A DNA stretch of 64,000 nt from Candidatus Azotimanducaceae bacterium (GCA_047629195.1 JBLHWY010000011.1:3061-67060), one strand, 5' to 3'. Counted from the stretch's first letter, positions 9,164-18,385 are shown. The notes: generated from the sequence alone by a model not told the origin. Numbers and translations: made by a program.

Positions 9164-11002
9164 ATGAACATAATTGGTATATCCGCGTATTACCATGATA
9201 GCGCTGCGGCTTTAATACAGGATGGAAAAATATCCGCTGCCGCGCAGGAAGAGAGATTTACCCGCAAGAAGCATGATCCTGCCTTTCCCGTGCAGGCGAT
9301 TCAATATTGCCTGCAGCAAAGTGGTTTAGTGCTTAGTGAAGTAGATTACGTCATTTTTTATGACAAGCCTTTGATCAAATTTGAACGACTGCTAGAGACT
9401 TACCTCGCATACGCGCCAAAAGGTTTTCGATCTTTTCTTGCGTCAATGCCTGTCTGGTTGCAAGAAAAGCTGTTTCTGAAACAGGAACTACGTAGAGAAC
9501 TTTCTGAGCTATCTGGCCTTAGTAAACAAGAATTGCCGAAACTGCTTTTCAATGAGCATCACCAATCGCATGCTGCTTCAGCATTTTTTCCAAGTCCTTA
9601 CAAAAAAGCAGCTGTTTTATGTTTGGATGGTGTTGGTGAGTGGGCGACGAGTTCTGTCTGGTTGGGTGAAGACAATAAACTAACCCCCCTTTGGGAAATT
9701 GATTTTCCACACAGCCTAGGGCTACTTTATTCGGCGTTTACCTATTACACGGGCTTTAAGGTGAATTCTGGAGAGTACAAACTGATGGGGCTCGCGCCTT
9801 ATGGCGAACCGAAGTACGTGCCCAAAATTATGGACAATCTGATTGATGTTAAAGAGGACGGGACGTTTCGGTTAGACATGCAGTATTTTGATTATGCTGC
9901 AGGGTTGACCATGACGAATCAGCGGTTTGACGACCTATTTGATGGTCCACGGCGAGAGCCAGAGTCCGAGGTAAGCCAAAAAGAAATGGATTTGGCTCGG
10001 TCAATTCAGGTGGTCACAGAAGAAATTATACTAAAGCTAACAGCAACTATTTACGGTGAGCTTAATGTAGAACACCTTTGTTTAGCTGGCGGCGTTGCCT
10101 TAAATTGCGTCGCTAATGGCAGAATTTTGAGAGAGAGCCCGTTTAAAGATATTTGGATTCAACCCGCTGCTGGTGATGCAGGTGGTGCGCTAGGTGCTGC
10201 GTTGAGTGTTTGGTATGAGTACCTTGATAACCCAAGAGAAGCCAGAACCCATGATGATATGTCTGGATCATATTTGGGCGGCTCTTTTAGTAACAGTCAG
10301 ATCATCTCTAGCCTTGATGCGCTAGAAGCAAGTTATAAACAATTAGACGATGGTGATTTGTTCCATCAGCTTGCTGACATACTTTGTGGTGACAATGTCG
10401 TGGGATGGTTCAGCGGTCGAATGGAATTTGGTCCCCGCGCATTGGGTGGTAGATCGATACTAGGAGATCCACGCAGCAAAAAAATGCAATCAATCATGAA
10501 CCTGCGCATAAAATATAGAGAATCTTTTCGTCCGTTTGCGCCAGCGATTAAGGCTGAAAGTGTTTTTGAGTGGTTTGAAATTGATCGGCCTAGCCCTTAC
10601 ATGTTGCTTGTCGCAGATGTTAAAGAAGAAAAGCGTATTCAGATGTCGGAAGCTGAGCAGGCACTCTTCGGTATTGAAAAACTAAATATAGCGCGTTCTA
10701 AAATTCCTGCGGTCACCCACGTCGATTACTCGGCACGTATACAAACCGTTCATGCTGAAACGAACCCTAGATTTCACCGTTTGATTAGCGAATTTGAAAA
10801 ACAGAGTCAGTGCCCCATTCTTATAAACACCTCTTTTAATGTTCGAGGTGAGCCCATTGTTTACTCCCCAGAAGATGCTTATCGTTGTTTTATGCGAACA
10901 GATATGGATTATCTTGTCCTAGAGAATGTTTTTTTAAAGAAATCTGATCAACCAATCCTTGATGAAGATGAGTCATGGAAACAGACTTTCGAGTTGGATT
11001 AA
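9164..11002 (+). CDS. Carbamoyltransferase (NodU/CmcH family)
   Basis: MNIIGISAYYHDSAAALIQDGKISAAAQEERFTRKKHDPAFP is the typical family N-terminus. The ORF is open from 9119, but the family-like start with AGG upstream is at 9164. C-terminal YSARIQTVH...LINTSFNVRGEPIV. Confidence 0.85.
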   Translation: MNIIGISAYYHDSAAALIQDGKISAAAQEERFTRKKHDPAFPVQAIQYCLQQSGLVLSEVDYVIFYDKPLIKFERLLETYLAYAPKGFRSFLASMPVWLQEKLFLKQELRRELSELSGLSKQELPKLLFNEHHQSHAASAFFPSPYKKAAVLCLDGVGEWATSSVWLGEDNKLTPLWEIDFPHSLGLLYSAFTYYTGFKVNSGEYKLMGLAPYGEPKYVPKIMDNLIDVKEDGTFRLDMQYFDYAAGLTMTNQRFDDLFDGPRREPESEVSQKEMDLARSIQVVTEEIILKLTATIYGELNVEHLCLAGGVALNCVANGRILRESPFKDIWIQPAAGDAGGALGAALSVWYEYLDNPREARTHDDMSGSYLGGSFSNSQIISSLDALEASYKQLDDGDLFHQLADILCGDNVVGWFSGRMEFGPRALGGRSILGDPRSKKMQSIMNLRIKYRESFRPFAPAIKAESVFEWFEIDRPSPYMLLVADVKEEKRIQMSEAEQALFGIEKLNIARSKIPAVTHVDYSARIQTVHAETNPRFHRLISEFEKQSQCPILINTSFNVRGEPIVYSPEDAYRCFMRTDMDYLVLENVFLKKSDQPILDEDESWKQTFELD

Positions 11003-11006
11003 TACG

Positions 11007-11423
11007 ATGAATTCACTGAAGGTAATGTCAGACAAGGACTTGCAAAAATTTGGATTCACCACTGGCATAGTTCTGGTGTTAGTTTTTGCGCTGTTTCTGC
11101 CATGGTTACTAGATGTTACATTACCTATTTGGCCTTGGCTGTTGGCGGCTATTCTCATTCTCGTTGCTGCTGTAGCGCCGGGTAGATTGCAGGTCGTCTA
11201 TAAGTATTGGATGCTTATAGGCGAAAAATTGGGATGGTTTAACTCTCGGGTCATACTGGGTCTGATCTTTTTTGTGATGTTTGTGCCAACCGGCTTTGTC
11301 ATTCGACTGTTCGGCTACGATCCATTGGCAAAAAAAGTAGATAGAGATGCGGACACATACCGTGTTCCTAGGAATCATGATGAAGTTGATAACATCAAAA
11401 AGCGGATGGAGAATCCCTACTAA
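11007..11423 (+). CDS. SxtJ-like small membrane protein
   Basis: It lies immediately after the carbamoyltransferase stop. Three or four hydrophobic helices (FGFTTGIVLVLVFALFLPWL..., ILGLIFFVMFVPTGFVIRLF). Family assignment is from memory of sxtI-sxtJ-sxtK-like gene order. Confidence 0.6.
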   Translation: MNSLKVMSDKDLQKFGFTTGIVLVLVFALFLPWLLDVTLPIWPWLLAAILILVAAVAPGRLQVVYKYWMLIGEKLGWFNSRVILGLIFFVMFVPTGFVIRLFGYDPLAKKVDRDADTYRVPRNHDEVDNIKKRMENPY

Positions 11424-11575
11424 TGCTTGAGTTGATTGTAGATTTATGGGGTTTTATGCGCGAGCGTAAAAAGTTTTGGCTTGCGCCAATTATCATTATG
11501 ATGTTGTTGCTAGGCAGTCTAATTGTTTTTTCTCAGGGCTCAGCGGTAGCGCCTTTCATCTACACGCTTTTCTAG
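11423..11575 (+). CDS. DUF5989/SxtK-like 50-aa membrane peptide (not in the supplied ORF track)
   Basis: The ATG overlaps the preceding stop (TAATG at 11421-11425). It translates to MLELIVDLWGFMRERKKFWLAPIIIMMLLLGSLIVFSQGSAVAPFIYTLF with stop TAG at 11573-11575. Confidence 0.6.
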   Translation: MLELIVDLWGFMRERKKFWLAPIIIMMLLLGSLIVFSQGSAVAPFIYTLF

Positions 11576-11673
11576 CGCCTCCCCGTATATGCTGTCTACT
11601 GCATTTCTAAAGTGTGTTATGTAGTAACATAGAGGTTAAGTGGGTAGATAAGTTTACTTTGAGGAATGTCATT

Positions 11674-12015
11674 GTGCCGCGATATGATTATTACTGTGAT
11701 GAGAATGACAAAACGGTTGAGGTTGTTCACCGCATGGCTGAGCGGTTGACAAGTTGGGGAGAACTTTGTGAAAAAGCGAATATCGAAGTTGGTACCACTG
11801 ATCCGGATTCTCCAATAAGAAAAGTGATTACGGTTGCGCCAATGGCAAACACTCCAACCGGTGATGTTGGCCTGAAGGAGATGGGTTTTACCAAATTGGT
11901 GAAGCGGTCCGACGGGGTTTATGAAAATGTAACCCGGTCAGGTACAGAAAAGCGATTTATGAAATCTGATGATCCATCTTCAATGCCTCACTTTCACAAA
12001 AAGATGAGTGACTGA
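11674..12015 (+). CDS. Hypothetical protein with degenerate FmdB-like N-terminus
   Basis: GTG at 11674 is preceded by GAGGAA with 7-nt spacing. (M)PRYDYYCDENDKTVEVVHRM resembles the MPxYEYxC zinc-ribbon N-terminus but lacks the CxxC pairs. Confidence 0.4.
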   Translation: MPRYDYYCDENDKTVEVVHRMAERLTSWGELCEKANIEVGTTDPDSPIRKVITVAPMANTPTGDVGLKEMGFTKLVKRSDGVYENVTRSGTEKRFMKSDDPSSMPHFHKKMSD

Positions 12016-12031
12016 TGAGTGACTGATGAGC
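12004..12031 (+). repeat. 11-bp tandem duplication (ATGAGTGACTG x2 plus a partial copy) across a stop/start junction
   Basis: Units at 12004-12014 and 12015-12025, and a partial unit ATGAGC at 12026-12031. The repeat spans the TGA of the upstream ORF and the ATG of the downstream ORF. Confidence 0.9.
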
Positions 12032-12349
12032 CTGTTGGGTCGGTCCAGCCTAACTAGTGGTTTAGGAACGCGGTTTGTTAGTTGCAGTTGGATAGTGTTG
12101 TTCTTGGTTTTAACAGTAGGTTTCTCAGTGCCCGCGAGCGCTGAAGAGAAAGTCGGTCACGTTTATTTGGTGAATTACACCAAAGGCGAAGACAGGCAAG
12201 ATGGCGAGGGCCTTATTAAGCAGCCTGGTTTTGAAGCGTACACGTACTATCTTGACCAGTTGTTTCACCAAGATTTTCTTGTCGCAGAAGGCGGGTTCGT
12301 AGACTATGAGCAAGCAGACAATATACTGCTACTCGTCAGAGCTAGCTAA
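12026..12349 (+). CDS. Secreted YciI-like protein, apparently interrupted by an in-frame TAA at 12347-12349
   Basis: Signal-peptide-like N-terminus ending VPASA. The family-like sequence continues in the same frame after the stop (IETARNLALENPAVKSGVLTARVRHWQL). Confidence 0.5.
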   Translation: MSLLGRSSLTSGLGTRFVSCSWIVLFLVLTVGFSVPASAEEKVGHVYLVNYTKGEDRQDGEGLIKQPGFEAYTYYLDQLFHQDFLVAEGGFVDYEQADNILLLVRAS

Positions 12350-12606
12350 ATCGAAACTGCGCGTAACCTGGCGCTCGAAAATCCGGCTGTAAAAAGTGGT
12401 GTATTGACGGCAAGGGTGCGGCATTGGCAACTAGGTCTTTCGTCCCTTCGTAGCAAGGTAAGGTTAGTTAGGACCAGAGTTCGCAGAGGCACATTCTGGG
12501 TCGAGAGTCTCGACCCGTCAGCGCCCATTGTTTTGAAAGCTTCTGAGCTTTAGTTTGAACCAGCCCCGTTGCTATTTGTGGTCGTTGATCAGGTTATGTT
12601 AGTTGA

Positions 12607-13293
12607 TCAAGTTTCTTTGACAGGCATGTCTTCCTGCAACAGGTGTTCGGTCACTTCAAGCAATCGAGCGGTACCGACATCGCTGTTGATACCGATATGA
12701 TATTTCCCATTAACCACAATGCTAGGAACGCTTGAGATTTTGTAAGCCCTCGTAATGGCATCAGCAGAGGCCATTCTTCTTTTTACGTTTTCCGATTCGA
12801 AGGCCAGTCTGAATTCTGCCTCTGTGGTTCCCCTACCTTCAAACCATGCCGCGACGGTATCCAATGTAGCGAGATTTCTCCGAGCGGTGTGTATATCGGT
12901 GAAGAACTTGACGTGGTGCTCCTCGAGAATCCCAATCTCTTGCATCGTGTAGTAGGTCTGACCATACAATCGCCACAGTTTGCTGCCGAGTACAGGCGTT
13001 CGTACAAAATTGACTGTATCCGAGTTTTCCTCGACCCAGCCCTCTATTTCAGGATCAAAATTAAAGCAGTGAATGCAACCGTAGGAGAAAAACTCCATAA
13101 CTACATCCTTTTTACCTCTGACTTTGCCAGGTTCCTCCAGCTTCATGTAGTGGCGGCCTTCCGCAAATTCACCGTCAGGGACATCGGTCACTACCAACGT
13201 GCTGAAGTAAATGACGACAGCGACAGCTATGGCAACGATCGCACCTATTGCCAGTTTCTGTTGCTGTAAAAACTTGTTTTTCTTATTTGCCAT
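12607..13293 (-). CDS. Thiol:disulfide interchange protein, DsbA family, membrane-anchored
   Basis: N-terminal TM segment AIGAIVAIAVAVVIYF. Thioredoxin-fold active site FFSYGCIHCFNFDPEI (CxxC). C-terminal ISSVPSIVVNGKY. Confidence 0.8.
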   Translation of the reverse strand: MANKKNKFLQQQKLAIGAIVAIAVAVVIYFSTLVVTDVPDGEFAEGRHYMKLEEPGKVRGKKDVVMEFFSYGCIHCFNFDPEIEGWVEENSDTVNFVRTPVLGSKLWRLYGQTYYTMQEIGILEEHHVKFFTDIHTARRNLATLDTVAAWFEGRGTTEAEFRLAFESENVKRRMASADAITRAYKISSVPSIVVNGKYHIGINSDVGTARLLEVTEHLLQEDMPVKET

Positions 13294-13363
13294 GGTTTAA
13301 ATCTCTAAATGTTGCTTCCTTGATGATTGATTATAACCAGAAGTTGCGGACTTGGTGACTCTT

Positions 13364-13377
13364 TACACAATTGTGTA
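13364..13377. promoter_or_regulatory. Perfect 14-bp palindrome TACACAATTGTGTA upstream of the LLM oxidoreductase gene
   Basis: Read directly from the sequence. It lies about 110 bp upstream of the ATG at 13485, in the divergent dsbA-like/LLM intergenic region. Confidence 0.4.
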
Positions 13378-13484
13378 CCATGGGCGCTCTTGATTACGAA
13401 GTTGCCGACGCGCTATTTGTTAGAGTTGCATCATTTTGAGCGCGGACAGCTTGGCAAGAAAACAAACCAATTAGGGAGATAGTT

Positions 13485-14387
13485 ATGACACAAATGCCTG
13501 CATTAAGTCTTGCCGCTGTACCGGGTCGAAGAAAAGCAACCATAGAACTCGCTCAGGAAATTGAGAAGCGAGGCTTTAGTGGTATTTACGGTCCTAGTCT
13601 TGGAGATTCAATGGCGCTCTGTGAAGCGCTAGCGCTGGCGACTAATGAGATAACATTCGGTACTACTATTATGCCGATCTATTTTCGCCAAGTCTCTGAC
13701 TTTGCCCAAACAGCATCTTTTATTCACGAAGTGTCTGATGGTAGGTTCCGCTTTGGCATAGGTGTAAGTCATGCTCCGGCACTCAAGTCACGGGGGCTGT
13801 CCGGTGGTAAGCCGCTCACTGATACTCGTAATTTTGTCGAGGAGCTTCGCGCTGTACCCAGAGCGGGTGAACTGCCACCAATAGTGCTCGCCACCTTGAG
13901 AAAAAAGATGATCGCTTTATCGGAAGAGATAGCGAGCGGCATGGTGTTTGCGAATGGTGCGCGATCCCACATGAAAGAATCTCTTTCAACATTGAGCGCA
14001 GCCGCTCGTGATAGCGATGACTTTTTTATAGGTGACATGATCCCTACCTGTATTAACGATGATATTGAGGCTGCGAAGGCGGTGAATCGTAAAACGTTAA
14101 CTTCCTATGCGATGTTGCCCAATTACCGAAACTACTGGAAAGAAGCGGGGTATGAAGAAGAAATGACTGCGATTGAACAAGCTGTCGAAGCGAAGGATTA
14201 TGCGAAGGTACCGACCTTGCTTAGTGATAGGTGGTTAGCAGATACGACATTGTTTGGTACCGCGTCTGACGTCAGGGAAGGCCTCGAAGCCTGGTTTGAT
14301 GCCGGCGTTAAAACACCAATCCTGGTACCTTCTTCTGCTAATGGCGGTCAGATGAAGGCTTTTGAAGAAATGTTAGCTATCTTTTAG
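13485..14387 (+). CDS. Luciferase-like (LLM class) flavin/F420-dependent oxidoreductase
   Basis: TIM-barrel LLM pattern ELAQEIEKRGFSGIYGPSLGDSMALCEALALATNEITFGTTIMPIY...GRFRFGIGVSH. RBS AGGGAGA lies before the ATG. Confidence 0.75.
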   Translation: MTQMPALSLAAVPGRRKATIELAQEIEKRGFSGIYGPSLGDSMALCEALALATNEITFGTTIMPIYFRQVSDFAQTASFIHEVSDGRFRFGIGVSHAPALKSRGLSGGKPLTDTRNFVEELRAVPRAGELPPIVLATLRKKMIALSEEIASGMVFANGARSHMKESLSTLSAAARDSDDFFIGDMIPTCINDDIEAAKAVNRKTLTSYAMLPNYRNYWKEAGYEEEMTAIEQAVEAKDYAKVPTLLSDRWLADTTLFGTASDVREGLEAWFDAGVKTPILVPSSANGGQMKAFEEMLAIF

Positions 14388-14462
14388 GGTCGCTTAGCTT
14401 TCCAAAAAACACAATTGTTCATGTACGGTATCAATTTCGAGTTCACTGAGTTGTACAAACAC

Positions 14463-15284
14463 TTATGTGAATTCGAAATTAATCGAGCCAAAGTCGCCGT
14501 AATCTGCGCAATATCTACCCAGGGTTGCGGGATAAGGTCTGCCTATTGAACCTGTCATTAGGTATGTGCCAGCATCGATCGTATAGCCTTGTTTGATCAC
14601 CTGGTTGGCCAGCCAAGTCACAGCTATAATTTGTCCGTTCATCGCATCATTTGCTGATCCGGTACCCAAAGGTTCGTTGTTTCTCGATAAGGTTACTGAG
14701 ACGTCTGCCAGTGCCTCAACAGCTTGATCATTGATACTGGTCAGAGTTTCACCTGGAATGTAGTTCGCAGCAGCGTTATTGATTGCTATCAAATCAACCG
14801 CGCCGGCTAACTTGCCATCAACACCCACATCTACTATTTCGATCATGGGGAGCGCATGCCCTATGTGCGCTAACAATTCGCTCGTGGAAAGAGATTCTGC
14901 GCTGTGTGGAATATCTTTGTTTACCAGAAAGCCTATCTCTGTTTCGATGAGGGGAGATAGATAATCCGAGGTAGAAATAGTTGTGTTTGGCGAGAGCTGA
15001 CTGCTTTCAAACAACACGCCCATGGCGCTAGAATTCGTGCTAAACATTTTCTGGGCACCGGCGTTTGTGAGAGCTCCTTTAAACCCCGAAATATTGTTGC
15101 TTGCGCTTCTTTGTTCAACCTTCCTTTTTTGAACAAGTCTCTTCTCAACATAGAGTTTGAGTGCTTGATACGACGTAGCCTCTGTCGCATCTGGCAAAAA
15201 TGTTCGTAGTAAAGGCTTCGGACGTCCTGAGTTACTTTCTGCAAGTAGCAGTCGCACATAATCGTCAATCGTGGTTTGAGCCAT
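14463..15284 (-). CDS. 2-oxopent-4-enoate hydratase-like (hydratase/decarboxylase family)
   Basis: SYQALKLYVEKRL...ISGFKGALTNAGAQKMF...PLIETEIGFLVNKDI resembles the MhpD/HpcG-type G-x-K-x-G and E-x-E-hydrophobic-x-F motifs. Confidence 0.55.
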   Translation of the reverse strand: MAQTTIDDYVRLLLAESNSGRPKPLLRTFLPDATEATSYQALKLYVEKRLVQKRKVEQRSASNNISGFKGALTNAGAQKMFSTNSSAMGVLFESSQLSPNTTISTSDYLSPLIETEIGFLVNKDIPHSAESLSTSELLAHIGHALPMIEIVDVGVDGKLAGAVDLIAINNAAANYIPGETLTSINDQAVEALADVSVTLSRNNEPLGTGSANDAMNGQIIAVTWLANQVIKQGYTIDAGTYLMTGSIGRPYPATLGRYCADYGDFGSINFEFT

Positions 15285-15326
15285 TTCTCTATGTTTCCCA
15301 TGTTGTCTAAATGCTTCGTCTGTTCC

Positions 15327-16091
15327 CTAAGTGGCGCTGATGTTTTCTAAATGTTGATTTAGGAAGTTGGTGCACTTCTCCCAGGCGTCTTCGCTTTGAT
15401 GTTCCCTATATTGATCCGGGCTGGAGAAATTTTGAAAGGCATGCCCGGCAGCGTCATAGCGATGGAACGTAAATTCTACATTATGTTCGGTGAGTGCTCT
15501 CTCGTATTCGTTTACTAATTCTGGCGTAGGATTCTGGTCTTCATTTCCGAAAAATCCAGCGACTGGACAGGTGATATTCTTAGCGTGTTGTAGGGGAGAT
15601 AGCATCTGCTCGGTCACTACGCTTGGACCGAGTTTCTTATCAATTCTTCCACCGTAGAATATAGCGCAGGCTTTGATTTCAGGTATCTTGCAGGCACCCA
15701 ACCAGCTTACTCTGCCTCCCCAGCAATGACCAATGATGCCTATTCTTGACTCATTAACATTGGGTCGAGTTTTGAGTATCTCGTGAGTTGCTTTTAAGTC
15801 ATTTACGACCCAGTCGTCACGAAATTCAGCAGCTTTAACCTTCATGTCTTGGCCTTTTGGCCACCAGTGGAAAATAAAGGGAACTGCGACAACATATCCT
15901 GCATCTGCTAGCCGCTGCGCGCTAGTTAGTGTAAATGTATCGTGTTCGAGTCCAGCATGACCAACAGGAATGTGCTGGCAGAGAATGACAGCGGGGTGGG
16001 TTCCTTCAGAACGAGGCGAGAATAGGAATACGTCCATCGAGTTCCCATCCACGAATGTTGTTTTAATTTGATAATTCAAGTTAGTTTGCAT
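15327..16091 (-). CDS. Dienelactone hydrolase family protein
   Basis: Nucleophile elbow with Cys, IGIIGHCWGG, and a C-terminal AGHAF histidine context. Confidence 0.8.
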   Translation of the reverse strand: MQTNLNYQIKTTFVDGNSMDVFLFSPRSEGTHPAVILCQHIPVGHAGLEHDTFTLTSAQRLADAGYVVAVPFIFHWWPKGQDMKVKAAEFRDDWVVNDLKATHEILKTRPNVNESRIGIIGHCWGGRVSWLGACKIPEIKACAIFYGGRIDKKLGPSVVTEQMLSPLQHAKNITCPVAGFFGNEDQNPTPELVNEYERALTEHNVEFTFHRYDAAGHAFQNFSSPDQYREHQSEDAWEKCTNFLNQHLENISAT

Positions 16092-16512
16092 CCTTGTGAA
16101 TGAGGTTCGTTGGTCGTTTCGGGTTTTCGTTTAACGATAAAGATGAAATAGATCCTTAGCTAACCGTGGTACTTACATCTAGTATACTAGCCTATCAGGC
16201 ATATGACTGGTAATTCAAACGAACCAATGTGATTGATCTTCATTTTACTAATTGAAATATGTTTGAAGTCGTGCGAGGTACCCAGCATCCTGCGGATGCA
16301 GTCGCCGTCGAAGGGGGTTAGATTAGGCCAGTTTATTCCCGCACAAAATAACGGGCCTTTACGCACAGCAGTAAGACATAACCTGAAGCAAACTGGCTTC
16401 CCATTTAAGCCAGACCAATTTTGTTAGCCGTTAGGAGAGTAGCAGTGCGATGAGTGTTTTTACACCTGCTCCGTGTTTTCAATCTGATAGGATTGCAGCA
16501 TGAACGATTAGT

Positions 16513-18384
16513 TTAGAAGGCGACGGTGCGTTGAATTATCTGATCGTAAAAATCGCTGTCTAGTCTTACGTAACAATCTTCGCCGGGCTTCTTGACCAAC
16601 ACATAGTCGTCTAACTTGTCGAGATGAAAAGCTTCTTCCCGCAGACTGTTCTTCTGTAGTTTGTGAGTTGAGGTAGTAGGGAGTTCTGTCAGTATTCGGA
16701 TAAAAATTGGTCGAGCGTAGCTGGGTAGGCTTTCGTTGATGTGGTCGCTAAGGGATTTTAGATCGACATTACCCATAGATATACCTTCTTTAAATACAAT
16801 CGCAGCCATACCAGCACGACCATCTGTACCGGGTATTTGAACACCGTAGGCATTGCTGAAGATGACGTCTGGGTGTTGATTGATAATTTCGGCTAATTCA
16901 TTGGTTGAAACATTTTCACTTTTCCAACGGAAGGTATCACCAATTCTATCAACAAATTGATAGTGTTTTTGGCCGAAAGAAAAACCAACATCCACGATCT
17001 TCATCAAATCGCCACTGTTAAAATAGAGGTTCCCTTCTTCGACGACATTGCGGACTAACTTTTTTTCGGTAGCTTCGCCATTTGTATAGCCTTCAAATTT
17101 TGTCTTATTGGTGATTTCTATTAACAGCAGACCAGCGTCACCCTCTTTGACTTCAACGCAACAACCTTGTTCATCACGTATTATTTCGTCTTCGGCTACG
17201 TCGTATTTTACTAACTTGACTGGTGCTACGCCTAGGCCGACAGTACATGGTTTATTCAGAATGTTACCGAAACCTCCATTGCCTTCGCTGGCCGCGTAAA
17301 ACTCTCCGATTCTATCTATCTCAAATCTGGCCTTGAATTGATGCCAAATGTCAGGCCTGAGTCCATTCCCAATAATGGTTCTGATTGGATTGTCGGCATC
17401 GTTGACTTGCTCGGGGCGACTCATCAAATATCTAATCAGTTCGCCGATATAAATAAAACTAGTGCAGTTGTTTTTTCTTATATCCTCCCAGAATGCGCTA
17501 ATAGACAAACGTCTGCGAATGACGGTGGAAGCGCCAACATGAAAAGCGGCGAGCAAGCCCATGATGAGGCCAGTGCCGTGATAGAGCGGCAAGCAGTTGT
17601 ACATTCTGTCCGTATGATTTATCCGCAGCAGACTAACGCCTGCCATATGTGATCCTGAAATTGCTCTTTTGTTGGATACAATCGCAGCTTTGGGTAATCC
17701 GGTGGTTCCTGATGTGAAAATATAGAAGGCTGTTGCGCCAATAGTAATCGAATTTGTGATGGGTAGATTGTCAATGTTACCCGCGTCATCCTCTGGGTTT
17801 AGGGTAACAGCCCAGTTAGGCAGGTTGCTATTTTCGCCATCAGCAACCATGAGGAAGTCAGCTCCGTCCTTCATCTCAAGTTGATCCTTAACGTCGTTAA
17901 GGCTGTCGGTCATCTCTGACCCAAAAATACACTTCCGAGAATCAATGAGGTTTATACAATGTGTTAGCGGTTGCTTTGTTAGGTTGGTGTTAATGAGTCC
18001 CGCAGTGGCACCAGTCTTATTAATCCCTAATAGACAGGCAACAAAGGCGATGCGGTTCTGCATAAAGAGGCTGACGCAATCGCCGGGTTTGATACCCTGT
18101 GCCACAAGGGAGTTAGCAATAACGTTGGCCTGGTCATTTAATTCTTTCCAGCTGACTTGCGAGCCTTCACATATGAGCGCAACAGCATTTGGTCGCGTTA
18201 TTGCGTGTTTTTCAGCCAATTTTGCCATGCAGTCGAAGCTGTCATCTGGCGGAGATTTTAGGCGTGCTGCACTTAGCATCACCTTTAAATCTGCGAAGAA
18301 GTTACCAACCTTTCCCATCGAAACACCTATATAGTCTAATTTTTGTACAAATCTAACAAATGCTGCTTTCAGGAACCACCGCAT
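16513..18384 (-). CDS. Long-chain acyl-CoA synthetase / fatty-acid transport protein (FATP)-like
   Basis: AMP-binding motif YIFTSGTTGLPKAA, plus YHGTGL, FNSGDL and VDRIGDTFRWKSENVST. The real start may be Met23 (18318), because the longest ORF abuts the divergent neighbour by 1 bp. Confidence 0.8.
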   Translation of the reverse strand: MRWFLKAAFVRFVQKLDYIGVSMGKVGNFFADLKVMLSAARLKSPPDDSFDCMAKLAEKHAITRPNAVALICEGSQVSWKELNDQANVIANSLVAQGIKPGDCVSLFMQNRIAFVACLLGINKTGATAGLINTNLTKQPLTHCINLIDSRKCIFGSEMTDSLNDVKDQLEMKDGADFLMVADGENSNLPNWAVTLNPEDDAGNIDNLPITNSITIGATAFYIFTSGTTGLPKAAIVSNKRAISGSHMAGVSLLRINHTDRMYNCLPLYHGTGLIMGLLAAFHVGASTVIRRRLSISAFWEDIRKNNCTSFIYIGELIRYLMSRPEQVNDADNPIRTIIGNGLRPDIWHQFKARFEIDRIGEFYAASEGNGGFGNILNKPCTVGLGVAPVKLVKYDVAEDEIIRDEQGCCVEVKEGDAGLLLIEITNKTKFEGYTNGEATEKKLVRNVVEEGNLYFNSGDLMKIVDVGFSFGQKHYQFVDRIGDTFRWKSENVSTNELAEIINQHPDVIFSNAYGVQIPGTDGRAGMAAIVFKEGISMGNVDLKSLSDHINESLPSYARPIFIRILTELPTTSTHKLQKNSLREEAFHLDKLDDYVLVKKPGEDCYVRLDSDFYDQIIQRTVAF

Positions 18385-18385
18385 T

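Noticed and set aside
16092-16512. 420-bp intergenic region with a 64-aa ORF (16233-16427) and small hairpins, as a possible sRNA or small gene
   Set aside because: The ORF has no RBS or motif. The hairpins are short (6-7 bp) and lack terminator features. I could not support any call from sequence alone.
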